Of a DNA stretch of 64,000 nt, positions 1-15,425 are shown piece by piece. Position 1 is the stretch's first letter; each line of letters begins with the position of its first letter. The position numbers were made by a program, and so were the translations under genes. The DNA comes from Eledone cirrhosa. Its lineage: Eukaryota. The stretch is taken from the NCBI GenBank assembly GCA_964016885.1, contig OZ024742.1:189720001-189784000 (forward strand), read 5' to 3'. Under the pieces are notes generated by a model, which worked only from the letters and a program-made list of their open reading frames with translations, was not told the origin of the DNA and made no database searches.

Positions 1-1366
1 AGGGCCAGTTTTGTCATGCAGTGTATCAAACTGAATTTTCTTGGATGGTACACATCAGTGGTATGCTCAGCCACATACAAGTTGAGTTCAAATCTTGCTG
101 AAGTCAACTTTACCTTTTACCCTTTTCATGTTGATAAATAAAATACAAATCTAAGGGTGGTGAATTGTTAATGAGTCAGATAGAATGTTTTGTGGGGTCT
201 GTTCCACCTCTGTGCATGCTGAGTTCAAATCATGCCTCCTCTCCCTGGAAAAGCAGTGACATTTTAACCAAGAATTGTAGCTGATAGATATTATTAACAA
301 TAAAAAACCAATAACAATATATTTTCCTTGGTCTGGACAGATCTAGGATTCAGCTTCTTTCTTTGTTTATTGCCTAAGTATATGTCTTCATTTGTGGTTA
401 TATTTGACCAAAATATATACAAACATTTTGTATTTTTGTAAAGGTATATATAATGTTTTGACAAGCTTTGATTCTTCTCAGATAATTCTAGAAACAATTG
501 ACTGTTTGTAACAATAAGTAGAGTGAATGTAAGCAATATTTGGTTTAGGAGTCTCAATAACAATTTACTTTGACATAACTTATATACTGTCTATGTTGCA
601 CATGTATATATCAAACTTTAATGAGTTTGCTATACAGAAGAATGTAACTGATGTCTAGAAGAAAATACTTCGTGGAGATCCTAAATGTTACACTAACAGC
701 TATAACATAAAATTCTGCAAACAGCTTGCTCAGAACAGACACTTATGGCTCATCCTTATTCATAAAAATCCTAAAACTTTGCATCTATACAATGAAAAAT
801 ATGAAAAATACCATATGTTCAGTGAAGCTGGCACTTCAAAGGAAGCCACAAAACACATATGCCTTAAATGTGGTCACTACTTCTGTACCAAAGTTAGACG
901 TGTTAGCCATTTACAGACATGAAACTCAACTAGTCAATTAGGTAAAGTCATTGTCTTCGTTTACCAATGGATGAACTACCACAATATGTCAAATTCTTTT
1001 AGAAAACAACTAAAATGCATGTAATTATCCAAATATTACATGACATAGGAAACATTTGGTTTTCTTTAGAAATTTCAGAGATTTGTTTGTTTGTTTCTTG
1101 TTATTGTTTAATCCTTGGCATACTGTAGCATCAGATTACATGAGTAAAGATAACAAATTCAGTTATGCCTTATTGCTAAGGTTTCTACATCCATACAAAT
1201 ACTAGGCTGAGTTTATTTCACTTAGATTTTCATTATTTATCTTCATTTAAGCATTCTTATAAAATAAAGATGAGCTCACAACAACAACAATACTGATAAT
1301 ATTAACAACAATAACAATAACAACAACAACAACAAAAACAACAACAACAACAACAATAACAACAAT

Positions 1367-1402
<36 letters not shown>

Positions 1403-3320
1403 TCAGGAGGTTCTTGTCATTCAGTATGAAGACATGGAAAATGACACTCCTTTTGAATAGTGAAACAAAATCACTGGAAGCTGGAGAAGTTAATATTAAT
1501 TGGGGAATTTTTCAGGGTGACTCTTTATCACCGCTTTTATTCTGCATCGCACTTATACCATTAAGTAAAATGCTCAATGAAACAAAACATGGATATAGAG
1601 TCTATGTCAAAACCATTAATCACTTGTTCTACTTGGATTACCTGAAACTATTAGCAAAAAATGATGAACAATTGCAAGGGTTATTATCCACTGTGGAGCA
1701 GTTCAGTGATGACATTAAAATAGAGTTTGGACTAGATAAATGCGCCAAAGCAATGTTCACCAGAGGAAAGCTGCTGAAGAGTTCAGACATTAATCTTGAT
1801 CAGGGGAATGTGATAAGAGAACTTGATCAAGAGGAAACTTACAAATATCTAGGTCTTTGTGAAGGAGACGGAATCAAGCACTCGACAATGAGGGAAAGGA
1901 TAAGGAAGGAATGTTACCGCAGAGTAAGAGCAATCTTAAGAACAGAATTGAATGCAAGGAATAGGATCGATGCCATAAACACGCTTGCCATACCAGTAGT
2001 AACCTACAGTTACAATGTCATCAACTGGTCAAGCACAGAGATCCGTAGGCTCGATACAAAAATTAGAAAATTCTTAACCATGCACAGAATGCATCACCCT
2101 AAAGCAGATACAGATAGAATATATCTCCCTAGGAAAGAAGGAGGACGTGGATTAATCCAGTTAGATATTGCGTTGAAAACTGCAACAATTGGATTATCTA
2201 CATATCTAAGGGAATCACATGATTGGATGATCAAACTCGTTTTGAAACACGAAAGCATCAAAAGATCATACTCCATTACAAAAGATGCACAAAGATACAG
2301 TAATAGACTACACATTTTAGAAGTCCCATTTACTGCTGAAATGGAAAACACAGAAAAAGCAAAGCAGGTAAAAGTAACTGCAAAGAAAGAACTGCTACAG
2401 AAACTGGCTAAGAAATGGCAAGAAAAGCCTCTGTATGGAAAATACCCAGAAAGAGCTAACAATCCTGATGTTGACAAAACTTTAACCCATCAGTGGTTGG
2501 CATCCTCTGGACTGAAATCAGAGACTGAATGACTGATTATATCAGCACAAGATCAGTGTCTGCCAACAAAAAATTACCAAGCCAACATAATAACAAATGC
2601 AACCCATTATGCCATGTATGTAAAAAACAACCAGAGACCATTGACCATATAATTTCAATGTGCAGTCCTATAGCTCCAACCGAATACCGAAACAGGCATG
2701 ACAGAGCTGCACAATACATACATTGGATAATGTGTAAGCATTTTAACCTCCCCATCAAAAGAATTGGTGGGAGCATCAACCACCTCCCATACTTGAAAAA
2801 GATCACATCTCAATCTTGTGGAACTTTAGCATCCAAACAGACCGAAAAATAGATGCAAATAGACCTGATATAATACTGAAGGACTTTAAAAAGAGGGTAT
2901 GCCTGCTAATTGATATGCCCGTTCCTATAGACAAGAATGTAACTATAAAAACATTTGAAAAATTGAGCAAGTATAAGGACCTGGAGATAGAAATTGTAAA
3001 AATGTGGAAATTGAGAACTAAAACAATACCAGTGGTTGTAGGCGCTCTAGGAATGATACCTAAGGGGTCTAATGATTACTTATCACAAATCCCAGGAAAC
3101 CAGCGTATAGGAGAAATACAAAAGATAGTACTAATGGGAACTGCCCATATACTAAGGAAGATTCTGTCAACATAAGTACATCACAAGTCTAAACACCTAA
3201 AGATACATGTGTGTGTATGTATGTTCTTTCTTGAACATGGCGGACCTTGTTGTCTCTTGAGGTCACTGGTTGTGACTTGGTGATAACTCGTATGAACATA
3301 AAGCAAGATAAATGCAACTA
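1403..3320 (+). mobile_element. R4/Dong-type non-LTR retrotransposon, 5'-truncated and decayed (RT, CCHC knuckle, restriction-like endonuclease)
   Basis: ORF 1414-2532 has RT motifs GIFQGDSLSPLLF, HLFYLDYLKL (decayed YxDD), FGLDKC, YKYLG and RIYLPRKEGGRGL. Frameshifted continuations give CHVCKKQPETIDHIISMC, RHD, NRPDII, LLID and KLSKYKDL. Flanked by (AAT)n on both sides. Confidence 0.93.
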
Positions 3321-3338
3321 TAATAATAATAATAATAA

Positions 3339-4118
3339 CAGACATGGAACTGGTTAAAAAGAAGAGACCTTAAAAAGGCTATAGAAGGAATGCTAATGGC
3401 TGCACAAGAGCAGGCCCTCAGAACGAAGTGGGTGAAACACCATATTTACAAGGAAGAGGCTAGCCCACTGTGTAGGATCTGATGAGAGAGAGAGGAGACT
3501 GTAGCTCACATTGTATCCAAGTGTAAACACCTAGCCCAGACTCACTATAAAGGCTGGAGACATGATGTGATGGGCAGGGTGATCCACTGGCACCTATGCA
3601 AAGTAAACAATTTACCACATTCTGAGAAGTGGTATGAGCATAAGCCAGAGGCGGTGATAGAAAACGATCAGGTGAAGGTGCTATGGGATTTTAGGATACA
3701 GACGGACAAGAAATTAGAACACAATAGGCCTGACCTGGTGGTTTTGGACGAAGAAAAAAGATCGTGCCTGATTGTAGATGTAGTCTGCCCATTTGACACG
3801 AAAGTGCAAGAAAAGGAGAGGGAGAAAATTAACCGATACCAGGACTTAAAGTGGGAGGTAAAAAGGATTTGGAACTGCCATGAAGTCAAGGTTGTCCCGA
3901 TTGTCATAGGCGCACTGGGGACTATCTCAAAGAGTTTCCAAGGATGGGTAAAGAAGATTAGCCCAGCCCCGCTTTTTGGAACACTTCAAAAGGCATGCTT
4001 GCTGGGAACAGCAAGAACCCTCCAATACATCCTGAATATCTGAGGCCGCAGGTAATGGCTTGATACTCATTTCAACAAACTTTCCAGTTAAATAACATAA
4101 ATGACTGAGACTCAAAGA
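3339..4118 (+). mobile_element. Second, distinct R4/Dong-type 3' fragment (restriction-like endonuclease)
   Basis: Reads WLKRRDLKKAIEGMLMAAQEQALRT, then a CCHC with stops (CRI**EREETVAHIVSKC), RHD, HNRPDLVV, IVDVVCP, EKINRYQDL and PIVIGALG. Starts and ends in (AAT)n. Confidence 0.92.
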
Positions 4119-5229
4119 ATAATAATAATAATAATTTCATAAATGATTACTATTTTTGTCTTCAAAGCTAAAATATTTTTGACTTTGTGTTCGGTTTAAT
4201 GAGACTGCATGCATGGCTGTGTGGTTAGGAAGTTTGCTTTGCAAACTCATGTTTCTGGATTTGATCCCACTGTGTAACTTCTGCCATAGCTTCATGTCAA
4301 ACCTAAGATGCCTAGCTTTATTCGGTTTGGTTCTTTGTGTTCTGAGATCTTAGGTGATAGACATAATCCTTTAGTTGGTTTGATTTAACACCACCACATG
4401 GACCTTGTGTGCATTTAGCAGAGTTTGCTATGTTGGAAGTATTCAGACAAGTTCCTCATTGTGAGGATACCTTTTGTCCTTCCTCCCACCAGTCTCAGAG
4501 GTTAAAGGAAATGAATGAAGAGCTATGGGAACTGGATATGCTGTAAATTAAAACAGTACAATTAATTGAATGGAAAAGAAGGATTGAAATTTTGTGATAA
4601 TAAACTAATTGGTGATAAAAAAGCTTGCTGAAAAAAGGGTTGGGAGCACACTCAGTTTGTGTCATAGACATGGCAACCTCCCCTGTATGCTAGGGAGGAC
4701 AAGAGACTGTATATAAATGAGATGACCAATCCCTGGCTTGTCTCAGATATCAGTAGCCACCTCTTCAGTACTGACTTGGTCTATGTAGATCTGTCCAACT
4801 CTTGCGAGCAGGAAAAGTGGTGGGCATTAAAATGATGAAGGTAATGATGATGGTGATGATGGTGATGATAATGATAATGAAATATTATTTTTATTTAAAC
4901 ATTTTAATGTCAAATATTAGTGATTTCTCCACTAGTTGGCCCTTGGATAAGGTTATTTGAGTCAACTCTGCTGCAATTATTTGAACTAAGTATCTTTCCT
5001 GGGACTACCTTCCAACTTTCTTCCAGCCCATTCAGTGGGTGAGGTTAGAAAAAGTCATGTATACTGCTCTTCCTCCTCTGATTAAGCTTTAAACGTTTTT
5101 CTTTTATATTACAAAATGAATTATCATCAATATCTTATTGAAACTCCCCCAGACATAGATTATGAATACATCCTTAATATGAAGATAAACATATTCATGT
5201 ATGGTATAGGTATAAAAGACAGATGTCAT

Positions 5230-5380
5230 CACTGTTCCCTTCAGTTTTTCTCAATCACTGAATAGAAATGTTAATGCTTTGAGCAAAAATATTTTAAATT
5301 CAAATTTTGTGCAGCAACATTTTGAAGTGTGTTGAAGTAATAAAGTGACCATGCATTCACGCAGCTTAGGGGAAACATTG
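5230..5380. mobile_element. Possible decayed hAT-like MITE
   Basis: Imperfect terminal inverted repeats CACTGTTCCCTTCAG and CTTAGGGGAAACATTG. Confidence 0.35.
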
Positions 5381-8300
5381 AATGCCATACAGGAATAGAA
5401 AACTGCTTATTGATGAAAAATAATATTTCCTACATACAATCATAAAATGTAGAAATATTAACGTATATCCTTAATACTGAAATAAACATTGAACTGGAGT
5501 AAATATTTTGTGAGTGAAATTTAGAAAATTTAATGGCGACTTATAAACTCATGAAAAAAAGTTTCATCATTCATAATCTGGGTATATATTTGTTAACAGA
5601 TGCCTGGTATGTTTCATAATATTGAGGTCCTGGATTTGGTCCCATTGTATGACATCTTGGGCCTTTAACAGTACCTTGGGTTGACTCAAACCTTATGAGG
5701 CAAATCTGATAGAGAGAAACTGTGTTGAAGCCCATTGGATTGATTGTGCCTGTAATTCAACGGTTTGGCCTTGTTAAAGTACATTATAGATACAAGTGTG
5801 TGTGGAGTACTCAATCATTTACACATTAATTTAACAAGGAGTATGATTAGTTGATCAAACTACTGAATTCTCATCATCAAAACTAATGGTGGATTCATCC
5901 ATCCATCCATATTTGATAATGGAGCTCATATTAATTTCATTACATTCAAACACATCTATATTTGACTAAATTATAAATCATTGATTTGTATTTAAGTATT
6001 AGAAAATCAAATCAAATATCAAATATTGATTTTACTAAACTATTGTCAACAGTTAAATATTCCTAAATTATTTCAATAGCCATATCTGTTAATTTTATTT
6101 AAATGCTTTTCTTTTTTGTTCCTTCAACCGAAAAGCTTTCATAAATAAATATAAAAGCTTGCAATTGTTTTTATTTTTTTTTTTTTTTTGCATGAATATA
6201 AAAGACAAAGCCAATCATAGAGTGGCATTCAAGTGCCTCAGGGTCTCAGTAGGAGAACTGATGTATGCATCTGATAATCAAGCATATTATGTTTAATTTA
6301 TTTTCTTTACTTTTCTCTGAATAGTTTCCATTTTATAAATTTATTATTAAAACAACATGTACATATAAATATAATATATATAACAAATATGATTTACGAA
6401 TGAAACAAATTCAATTATACACTACAACAGGAATGCTTGTGTTTGCCTCTAAATAGTTTGAGGCCAGCCAAGATACTCATGGCATTGTTGCTCATGATAG
6501 CAAGCTAAGACACTGGATTAGCCAAGCACCTTCATTAGTATCACTGATACTTGAGGAAGGTGAGCCACCAACTATGACAAAAACCTCATTGCCAGCAATG
6601 TAACTCTCCCAAACATCATGAATGCCACAGACTTTACAGTATAACAACATATCATGGTATTTCAGTTAGGCATTTGTATTCTAAGGTAGATTTGTCAATA
6701 AGTTGTTTCATAGATTCATTTAAAATAAAATAATTAACAAAGAGTATCAAATCTTGATTCCAGTCCAAAGAGTCAGATTTTTTCACTGATTCTCATTTCT
6801 ATATTTCACATTGCATATTGTTTGTTGCCTTGGTAAAATTATCTTGTTCTACTCTATAAAAGTAAAAATATTCTCATAGCTATAAGATTCAATAATAATT
6901 TAACTCTTCTATTACGAGCACTGTACACAATAAGTTTTATTATATATGAATAACACGGCCAATGACTTTCAAATAATCAAAAATTAAACCTAGAATGTGG
7001 AATGTAACTTAAGAAAAATTCTTACATAAAATTATGGTGAAAGGTTTTTATATAAATATAAACATTTTAAAATAGAAAGTTTGGTACCGTAAAACGATGA
7101 GTGGTTTCAGGCAATATGGTATCAGAAGAATTCCTAAAAAACTTATATCAGATAATCTACTTCTTGAAGTTTTGTTGTTTTACATATGAGAATACGTGTA
7201 TAAAAAGTTCACGAGAGATGTTACTCTTCAGAAAAAGACTTAAATAATTATAAATGATAATATATCAATAGCTGCTATAGAAAACCCAAGAGACAAACCA
7301 TGGTTTGTATTGCAGATAAATGGTAGTTAGCTTATTGCCTGTGGGAGGAACGTTCATTAGAACTTAAGCCATGTTTATACAAGCAGGATAAATAAATATA
7401 TGGTAGAGATAATTTAAGAGTGGGTGAATGATTCAGTTTGAAATAAGGTAGTAGAAGTGTTAACTTTTACTGTATTAGATGAAAATAGACAAATTTAAGT
7501 TGAATTTTCCCAAAGAAGATTAAGAAAACATTAAGGGTGTCAGTACAATTTCTAGAATTAATAAGATATTTACAGCTTTTTTGTAAGAAAGAGATTGTTA
7601 AACTTTTATAATTGAAATGTTTTAGATAAAATAATTTAAATAAATGGTATTGTGTAGTAAAGACATTAAACATGCCCAGAAGTACAGACTCAAGCAAATA
7701 TCATAGTGAAACTTTGAAGTAAATCATCACTATGAATGGGGGAAATTATCTATTTCACTGTGTATATCAACTAGAGAAATTAAGTTACAGTTAAAACAAC
7801 ATCGAAATTATTTTGTTTTCTTATAATCTCTCAAATTACATATAATACATAAAATTTATTTTGGGATTTCTCTGAATCCTGACTGGAAGCAAAAAGAAAA
7901 AATGTATATGTAGTTTTGATGAAAGCAAAAAAAAATCCACAAAAAAGCAAACACAAAAAGAAAGCTTGTGAAGTGTGACCGGAATGAAAAAAATGTGTGA
8001 AATTTAGCAGTAAAGGAGTGAATGGGGTTCTTTGTAGATGAAAGTATATAATTGGTAAATAGATACCATATGTTTAATTAGAAGAAGCCTGAGTCCTGAG
8101 AGCTGTTTCTGTTGATGGCATGAAGGTATTTGATAGATAGGAGTGCAGATTTCATTATAAATGAAGTCATTTTCTTTTCCTTTTAAAATGATTTTTACAT
8201 ATTATAGCCAGCTAATTTTAGAGTGCTAAATAATAATTATTAATAATTGTTATAATATCATGTAATAATCATCACGTAATGATTATTGTTATATAATAAC

Positions 8301-8754
8301 CATCATATCATAATTGTTATAGTATTATATAATAATTATTAGTGCATGTTCAAAGTTAATAAACTATATTTAGTAATGTGTTACAAGCTCCTACTGGTAA
8401 ACTGATATGAAAGCATTTCCATTTTATTATATGTTTTAACTAAAATACTTCTACCTTTAGTCAATTTAAGTAAAAAATTTTATTAGGATTCAAAAACCTC
8501 ATTACTCTTATGATAAAATGCAAGTTGGTTTATATTTATCATCTTTGAGAAAATGGGATAAACCGAAATAAAAAATTTGCAAAAGAGAAATACAAACAAA
8601 ATTAATAAACTAACAAAACTTTGAAAATATCTGAGAATCTAGAAGCATTCTTCAAGGAAATGGATTCATATGTCAGCTGCCAAAGGTTGAAATACTAAAT
8701 ATTATAACACATATACAATCATACACAAATCTGCACATACTTAGTACACAAAAT

Positions 8755-9369
<615 letters not shown>

Positions 9370-10029
9370 TTACATTATTAATGCATGCATGTCATATTCT
9401 GTTTAGATTTCAATACTAATTATCATATAATCATTAATCATTGTATAATAAAAGTACTTTTCCTATAAACACACATCAATAATTTTTTCTTTCACCTTTT
9501 TAACTTTTTTGGACTTGAAACATTTTTCAGTTCATTTTAAGTTATATTTTTGTTTTACTTGTCCAGGAAAATCTCGACCTGGGAAGTTCAAGCATGATCT
9601 ACATTCTGATTATGACTACAAGGCGGTTAATGTCATAAAAAATTATAATCAAAAAGAGACAGAAAGCATATGTAGATCCCGGCATAGCTTTCCATAAGTT
9701 CTTTATGCCAGTTTCTTGCCTTGGAATTTACCAGCTGTCATCTACATAATTTATCCCATTACAAAAAATCGGAAAATTTACTCATATATATCTACCATCT
9801 GACAATCCATCATCATCATCTCAGACATCTTCATACAGTTTACATTCTCACTTAGAAGTATTCATTGCTCATCTAAAATATTCTGCAGAAAGGGAAAATT
9901 TAATTTCAAAACAAAAAATATGTACATAAAAAGGAAACGTTACTCATCCATTTAAATTTTGCTAGCATTTCTTAGCCAAAACACTCTTCCATTTAATTTT
10001 ACAGACTTTCAGCAAATATATAAATATAT

Positions 10030-10039
10030 ATGTATAAAT

Positions 10040-10089
<50 letters not shown>

Positions 10090-10096
10090 CATATTA

Positions 10097-10141
<45 letters not shown>

Positions 10142-10146
10142 ATATA

Positions 10147-10218
<72 letters not shown>

Positions 10219-10396
10219 ATTCTGATATTTTTTTAAAAGCCTTCAGGAGAAACAAAGCTTAAATAACAAATCTTCTTCAACAAATTCACACACAGGAAAG
10301 GCTTTATTGATAAGCAATCGTCTAGATTAAAACTTTATTAAGCAAAAAAAAGAATATATATATATATATGTATACATATATATGAATGTTTGTGTA

Positions 10397-10457
<61 letters not shown>

Positions 10458-10458
10458 A
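10030..10458. repeat. Two (TA)n tracts separated by about 140 bp of unique DNA
   Basis: Directly visible. Confidence 0.95.
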
Positions 10459-10972
10459 GTTTCTAAGTTAGTGAGATTCACCAAATGGCCGCCCAACACT
10501 CATCAATACATGTGATCAGCTATTCAACTGGCTGGCTTGTGACAAAACGCCAGTTACTGTTTGACCAGCTGCACAATAACTACGAAACGGAAACACATTA
10601 CTCAGGACTTGCGGTAAAGTGCTCACTGATATTATATTTTTTTCTTCACTTGCTTCCTCAGATCTATGTGCTGTTTGCATACCCAGATTTTTTGTGACAT
10701 TATTTCGATATATTTCCAAAATATTTCAAAACTATTTCAGATTTATACTTTCCATAAAGGGGAATTTAATATTTTAATAAGATATAAAATGAAACTAGGA
10801 TAGTTAGATAGTATAATTTGCATTTTTTCCATAAAGAAATAAAAATCTGCTGCAATTCTATTTTAATTATATCTGTAATCACCAAAATTATATCAACACT
10901 AGAAGCATAAATTTTATGATTAGTGAGTAGTAATAAAACTATTAACAGTTTTAGTGATGGGTCAGTGCTAAA

Positions 10973-11140
10973 TAATTGTTTCTACTTATGGCACAAGGCC
11001 AGCAATTACCCAGTGCATTACTGGTACTTTATTTTATTGACCCTGTAAGGATGAAAGGCATAGTTAGCCTCGGCGGGATTTGAACTCAGAATGGAAAGGG
11101 CCGTAAGTCTATGCGTCAAAGCATGGCATCCGACTCTATG
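10973..11140 (-). mobile_element. tRNA-derived SINE, family A
   Basis: Reverse complement matches the complete copy at 43545 (GAGTTCAAATCCCG B-box, GCCTTTCATCCTTAC core, GTAGAAACAATTATT tail). Confidence 0.9.
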
Positions 11141-12194
11141 AACATAATTTTGTTTTAATATATGAATCACTCAATAGATTTGATATCCTGTCATATTATT
11201 TGAAGATAATTGTGCATTGGATAAAAATTCATTACATATATGTATGAATATCATAAAAGGAAACATATATTTAATAGTGTATGTACTCACGTATAAGTCA
11301 TGCATATTTCCACAGAAATGTGACATGAGAAACCAGCATGCAACCTATCTACTGGACCTACAAAATTTCCATTTATAATACATAGTACATTGTAAATATT
11401 GTAGGTAAAATGGAAATGTCATTTATCTTCCAGTGCAATTTATATATGAGTATATTTGCTTTTATGATCTTCATTAAAAAGCACTTTACTATATTACTAA
11501 ATATTTTACACATGTTAAACTGGACTCTGATATTTTCCATTTATTTGAGCTGATAAAAGATGTCATTTGTGTTTACAATCACTCCATATTAATGTTGAAG
11601 TGATTGGTAAAATGAAGTGATAACTGCAACAACAAGATATTTCATTTTATTGACCAAAATTATTGACATATTTGGTTAATTTTAAGTCAAACTAAAGCTT
11701 GCATATATAAATAACATATGTATTTAAACAACAAAACTTTAGTCTGATGCACTATAATCTTTCTTGATAGAAAACTAATGATTACTATCTATTGAGTGAT
11801 ACTGTTAATATTAGAGTATGTTGATCACTAAGTCTATTAGAGCCATTTTAAAATTTCCCTAAATTCTTTTTAGTTTCATTTAAACATTTTAATGATTCCT
11901 CAACATATTTTTTATATATAATTTAATAATATATTATCAGATAGTAACAAAATATAAATAACTCTTAGTTAGTAAATATGCTGCTAAATGCTTTGATTGT
12001 CTACATTAATCTTATAAAGTTTAGAATTAAAATGATCTGATTTAAGGGTCAATACAACTAAACACATACAAAAATAAAAGAACATATTTTTGCAATTTGT
12101 ATTTCAGTAATTTCAAATATTTATTAAACAAACCTAAAAGTACTTCCCTGAATTTTAGCAAACATTTACTGTGATATAGTTGTTAAATTAAAGT

Positions 12195-12552
<358 letters not shown>

Positions 12553-12747
12553 AGACAAGTTTATCAACACCTCTTTCTTTCTCTCCCTATTTATTTATTT
12601 CATTTAAACTATCTCTTACTATAAACGTCTTTGAAATTTTATATTGAAAACCAGTCTTTTTAAGTCTTTTTGAAATGCAACGAGATATTTAAATTCAAAC
12701 ATAAATAATAAGTATTTATGGTTAACTTTAATTATGAGGGTTACTAA

Positions 12748-12918
12748 CAATAATTGTTTCTACTTTAGGCACAAGGCCAGCAATTACCCAGTACATTACT
12801 GGTACTTTATTTTATCGACCCCGTAAGGATGAAAGGCAAAGTTAACCTCGGCGGGATTTGAACTCAGACTGTAAAGGGACGTAACTATGCTAGAAAGCAT
12901 GGCGTCCAACCCTCTAAC
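12748..12918 (-). mobile_element. SINE family A
   Basis: Closely matches 43545-43738. Confidence 0.92.
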
Positions 12919-14449
12919 AATAATGATAATAAATTAATAACTCTCCATCAATAGCTAAATGAGAAAAAATCTAGGCATTTTTTCCAGTATCATACATTTT
13001 TTCCTCATGAATAATATCTTAATATACTTAACTATATATAAATTACATTATCACTTTTGATACCAGCCTTATTTTAAAGAATTTCTATTTAAATTAACAT
13101 CTTCCAAAATAATATTTTATATAAGAATCTTATGTTAAGATATAATCTTAGTGATTAAATAATTAATAATTTTAGTAAATCCCCCAAAATGTACAATAAT
13201 TAATCGATATAGAGTGTAATGTATTGGAAATAAGAAAAGATTAACTCTTTATTGAGAATAATCCTGTTAATGACTTTTTCATGGTGTAATTGTTTCAGTT
13301 TCAAGACATGGCTAAACAGGAATAACTCAGAAATTTATTAATGGTATTTTGTAGTAAAAACAAATATGATATATTAATTAATCTTTGAATATTTCTTGAG
13401 CCTCAAAGCTCATCAGACTGAAGCTTAATCTGGATTCATGTGATATCAGTCTGTTGAAATGTAATATATAAACTGTATAAATTTTTTTAATGATGTTTTC
13501 AAAATAATAAGAATAATAACATTATCAACAGTATTAAATACTGTCAGTTATTTAATATCAATAATGATAGTTTACTGAACAAATATTGATGAATGTATGA
13601 AGATTACTGAGGCATAACCTTATTAATTGGTACCTCTGTAGAGGTTTTGGATTACCTTTGTCATAAAAATAATATATTATGATCATCAACCACCACATGG
13701 CTTTGAAATAGAATTATGAAATATAACAGATACAAATTAAATAGGAATTAGTTCAAATCAAACAAAATGAAGGCAAAATGGAACTAAATCTCAAAATGTT
13801 AATTAAATATGAAAAAATGTTAAAATTAATGTTATTTTAAAAGGAACATTAGCTGTTGACACTGGATATCCTCTAACATAACTATTCAATTCATTTAAGC
13901 TGAATATACTTAGAATAATTAATTTAAAAGGTTAATTGCCTATTGGTACTGAAGAGAAACATTAGTTTTGCAAAGTTTTGGTATATATTAACAAGGATAG
14001 TTTTAATATTGCATATTACATAACTTTTAAAAATCATATAGATGTTTCAATTAAAATATTTTAGTTATGTTTTTAGGGCTTTTACGTTTTGAACATAATC
14101 AAACATTGAAAATAAATTTTTATTGATAGAGAAATATTTTAATTACTAATGACAAAAATGAAAAAATGTTACTAATGTGTAGTAATATTAGAATTTCTTA
14201 ATAATTCATTGTTGGTATAATGTGTTAAAAGTATACTCTTCCATCGTTATACTAATATAGTTATTTTGTATTAATAATTTCATAATGAAAATTTCTTATG
14301 AAATTAATACATTATAAAGCAGTGTAGTTTATGAGAAGCAATGTGAAATATATGGGTGTAATTGTTTGGGGAAAGCTTGTACAATACTAGTAAGAGATAC
14401 AGAAGTTAAAACTAAAATAAAGGTAGACAAAAAAATCAGTTTAAACTTT

Positions 14450-14560
14450 TACCGTAGATTTAATGCTATTTCAGGTTAGGGCTCCTTTTTTACCATCACA
14501 CTCTATTTCCTTTCTTTTGTAAAAAGGTGTCCTAATCCTGAAATATGACTTACAAGGTAA
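14450..14560. mobile_element. Small MITE-like hairpin element
   Basis: Imperfect inverted arms TATTTCAGGTTAGGGCTCCTTTTTTAC and GTAAAAAGGTGTCCTAATCCTGAAATA. Confidence 0.5.
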
Positions 14561-15219
14561 ATGTGTAAACTGTTTTGTTTAGTTTGTAATACCTTATCTT
14601 TTGAACATTTAATTTACTAGATTTTATAAGGAACACATATTCTTAGAAAACGTTTTAATACTGTTACCCTATCAAGCAAAGTTTATTCTAATTCAATTTA
14701 ATGGTGATTGCATTACAATCATCGTAGGCTTTTCCTTTAAGGTTAAATGAATAAATATCTGTGTATCTTTATAAACATTTATAAAGGACTCCCAAAGGCA
14801 TTTATCTACCAATACTAATATCACACCAGTATACTATAAAATTGTATTAGTGCCAATTGAATTACTCTTTTCTCTCTCTCCTTTTCTCTCTCCTTCCCTC
14901 TCTCTCTATCTATCTATCTATTTATCTATCTATCTATATATATATCTTAAATTCTTCTGAGTAGCTTGCAAATCAAGATTCTGAGGAAACTTATATGTTT
15001 GAAATATTACTTTAAGACATCCATTTAAATCGAATTAATACTTCAATTAATACTTCCTTAGGAATAATATAGCAAGAAACCCTTTAATTTCTGGATAGTA
15101 CGACTGATTCCTTTAATTATCATTATAACCTTTGATTTCTGAAATAGATTGGTACAATATTGAACTGTTTGAAACAATGTAACAAATAAAGTATTGATAT
15201 TGGTATTATAGGTAATAAA

Positions 15220-15425
15220 AGGGCAATGTATTGGCAGTATTGGTAGAACATCAGACAACATACTTTGTGGCATATAGTTATATCCCTTTATATTCTGAGT
15301 TCAAATCCCCTTTGCTTTTCATCCTTATGAGGTCGATAAAATAAAGTACCAGTAGCATACTGGTGTCGATTTAATTGACTTTCCCCCCCTCTCCAAAACT
15401 GTTGGCCATGTATATAAATCGGAAC
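15220..15425 (+). mobile_element. Older SINE related to family A
   Basis: TTGGCAGTATTGGTAGA head, GAGTTCAAATCC, then TTTCATCCTTATGAGGTCGATAAAATAAAGTACCAG. Confidence 0.75.

Noticed and set aside
6457-6559. Possible plus-strand exon (AG acceptor, open frame, GAAG/GTGAGC donor)
   Set aside because: The peptide is unrecognisable and I found no partner exons; it needs RNA-seq.
9560-9885. Possible minus-strand exon after a strong TTTTCCCTTTCTGCAG acceptor
   Set aside because: All frames I read contain stops. It could be UTR but cannot be supported.
14975-15015. CTGAGGA...GAAA hammerhead-like spacing
   Set aside because: No stem I pairing and stem II is out of register.
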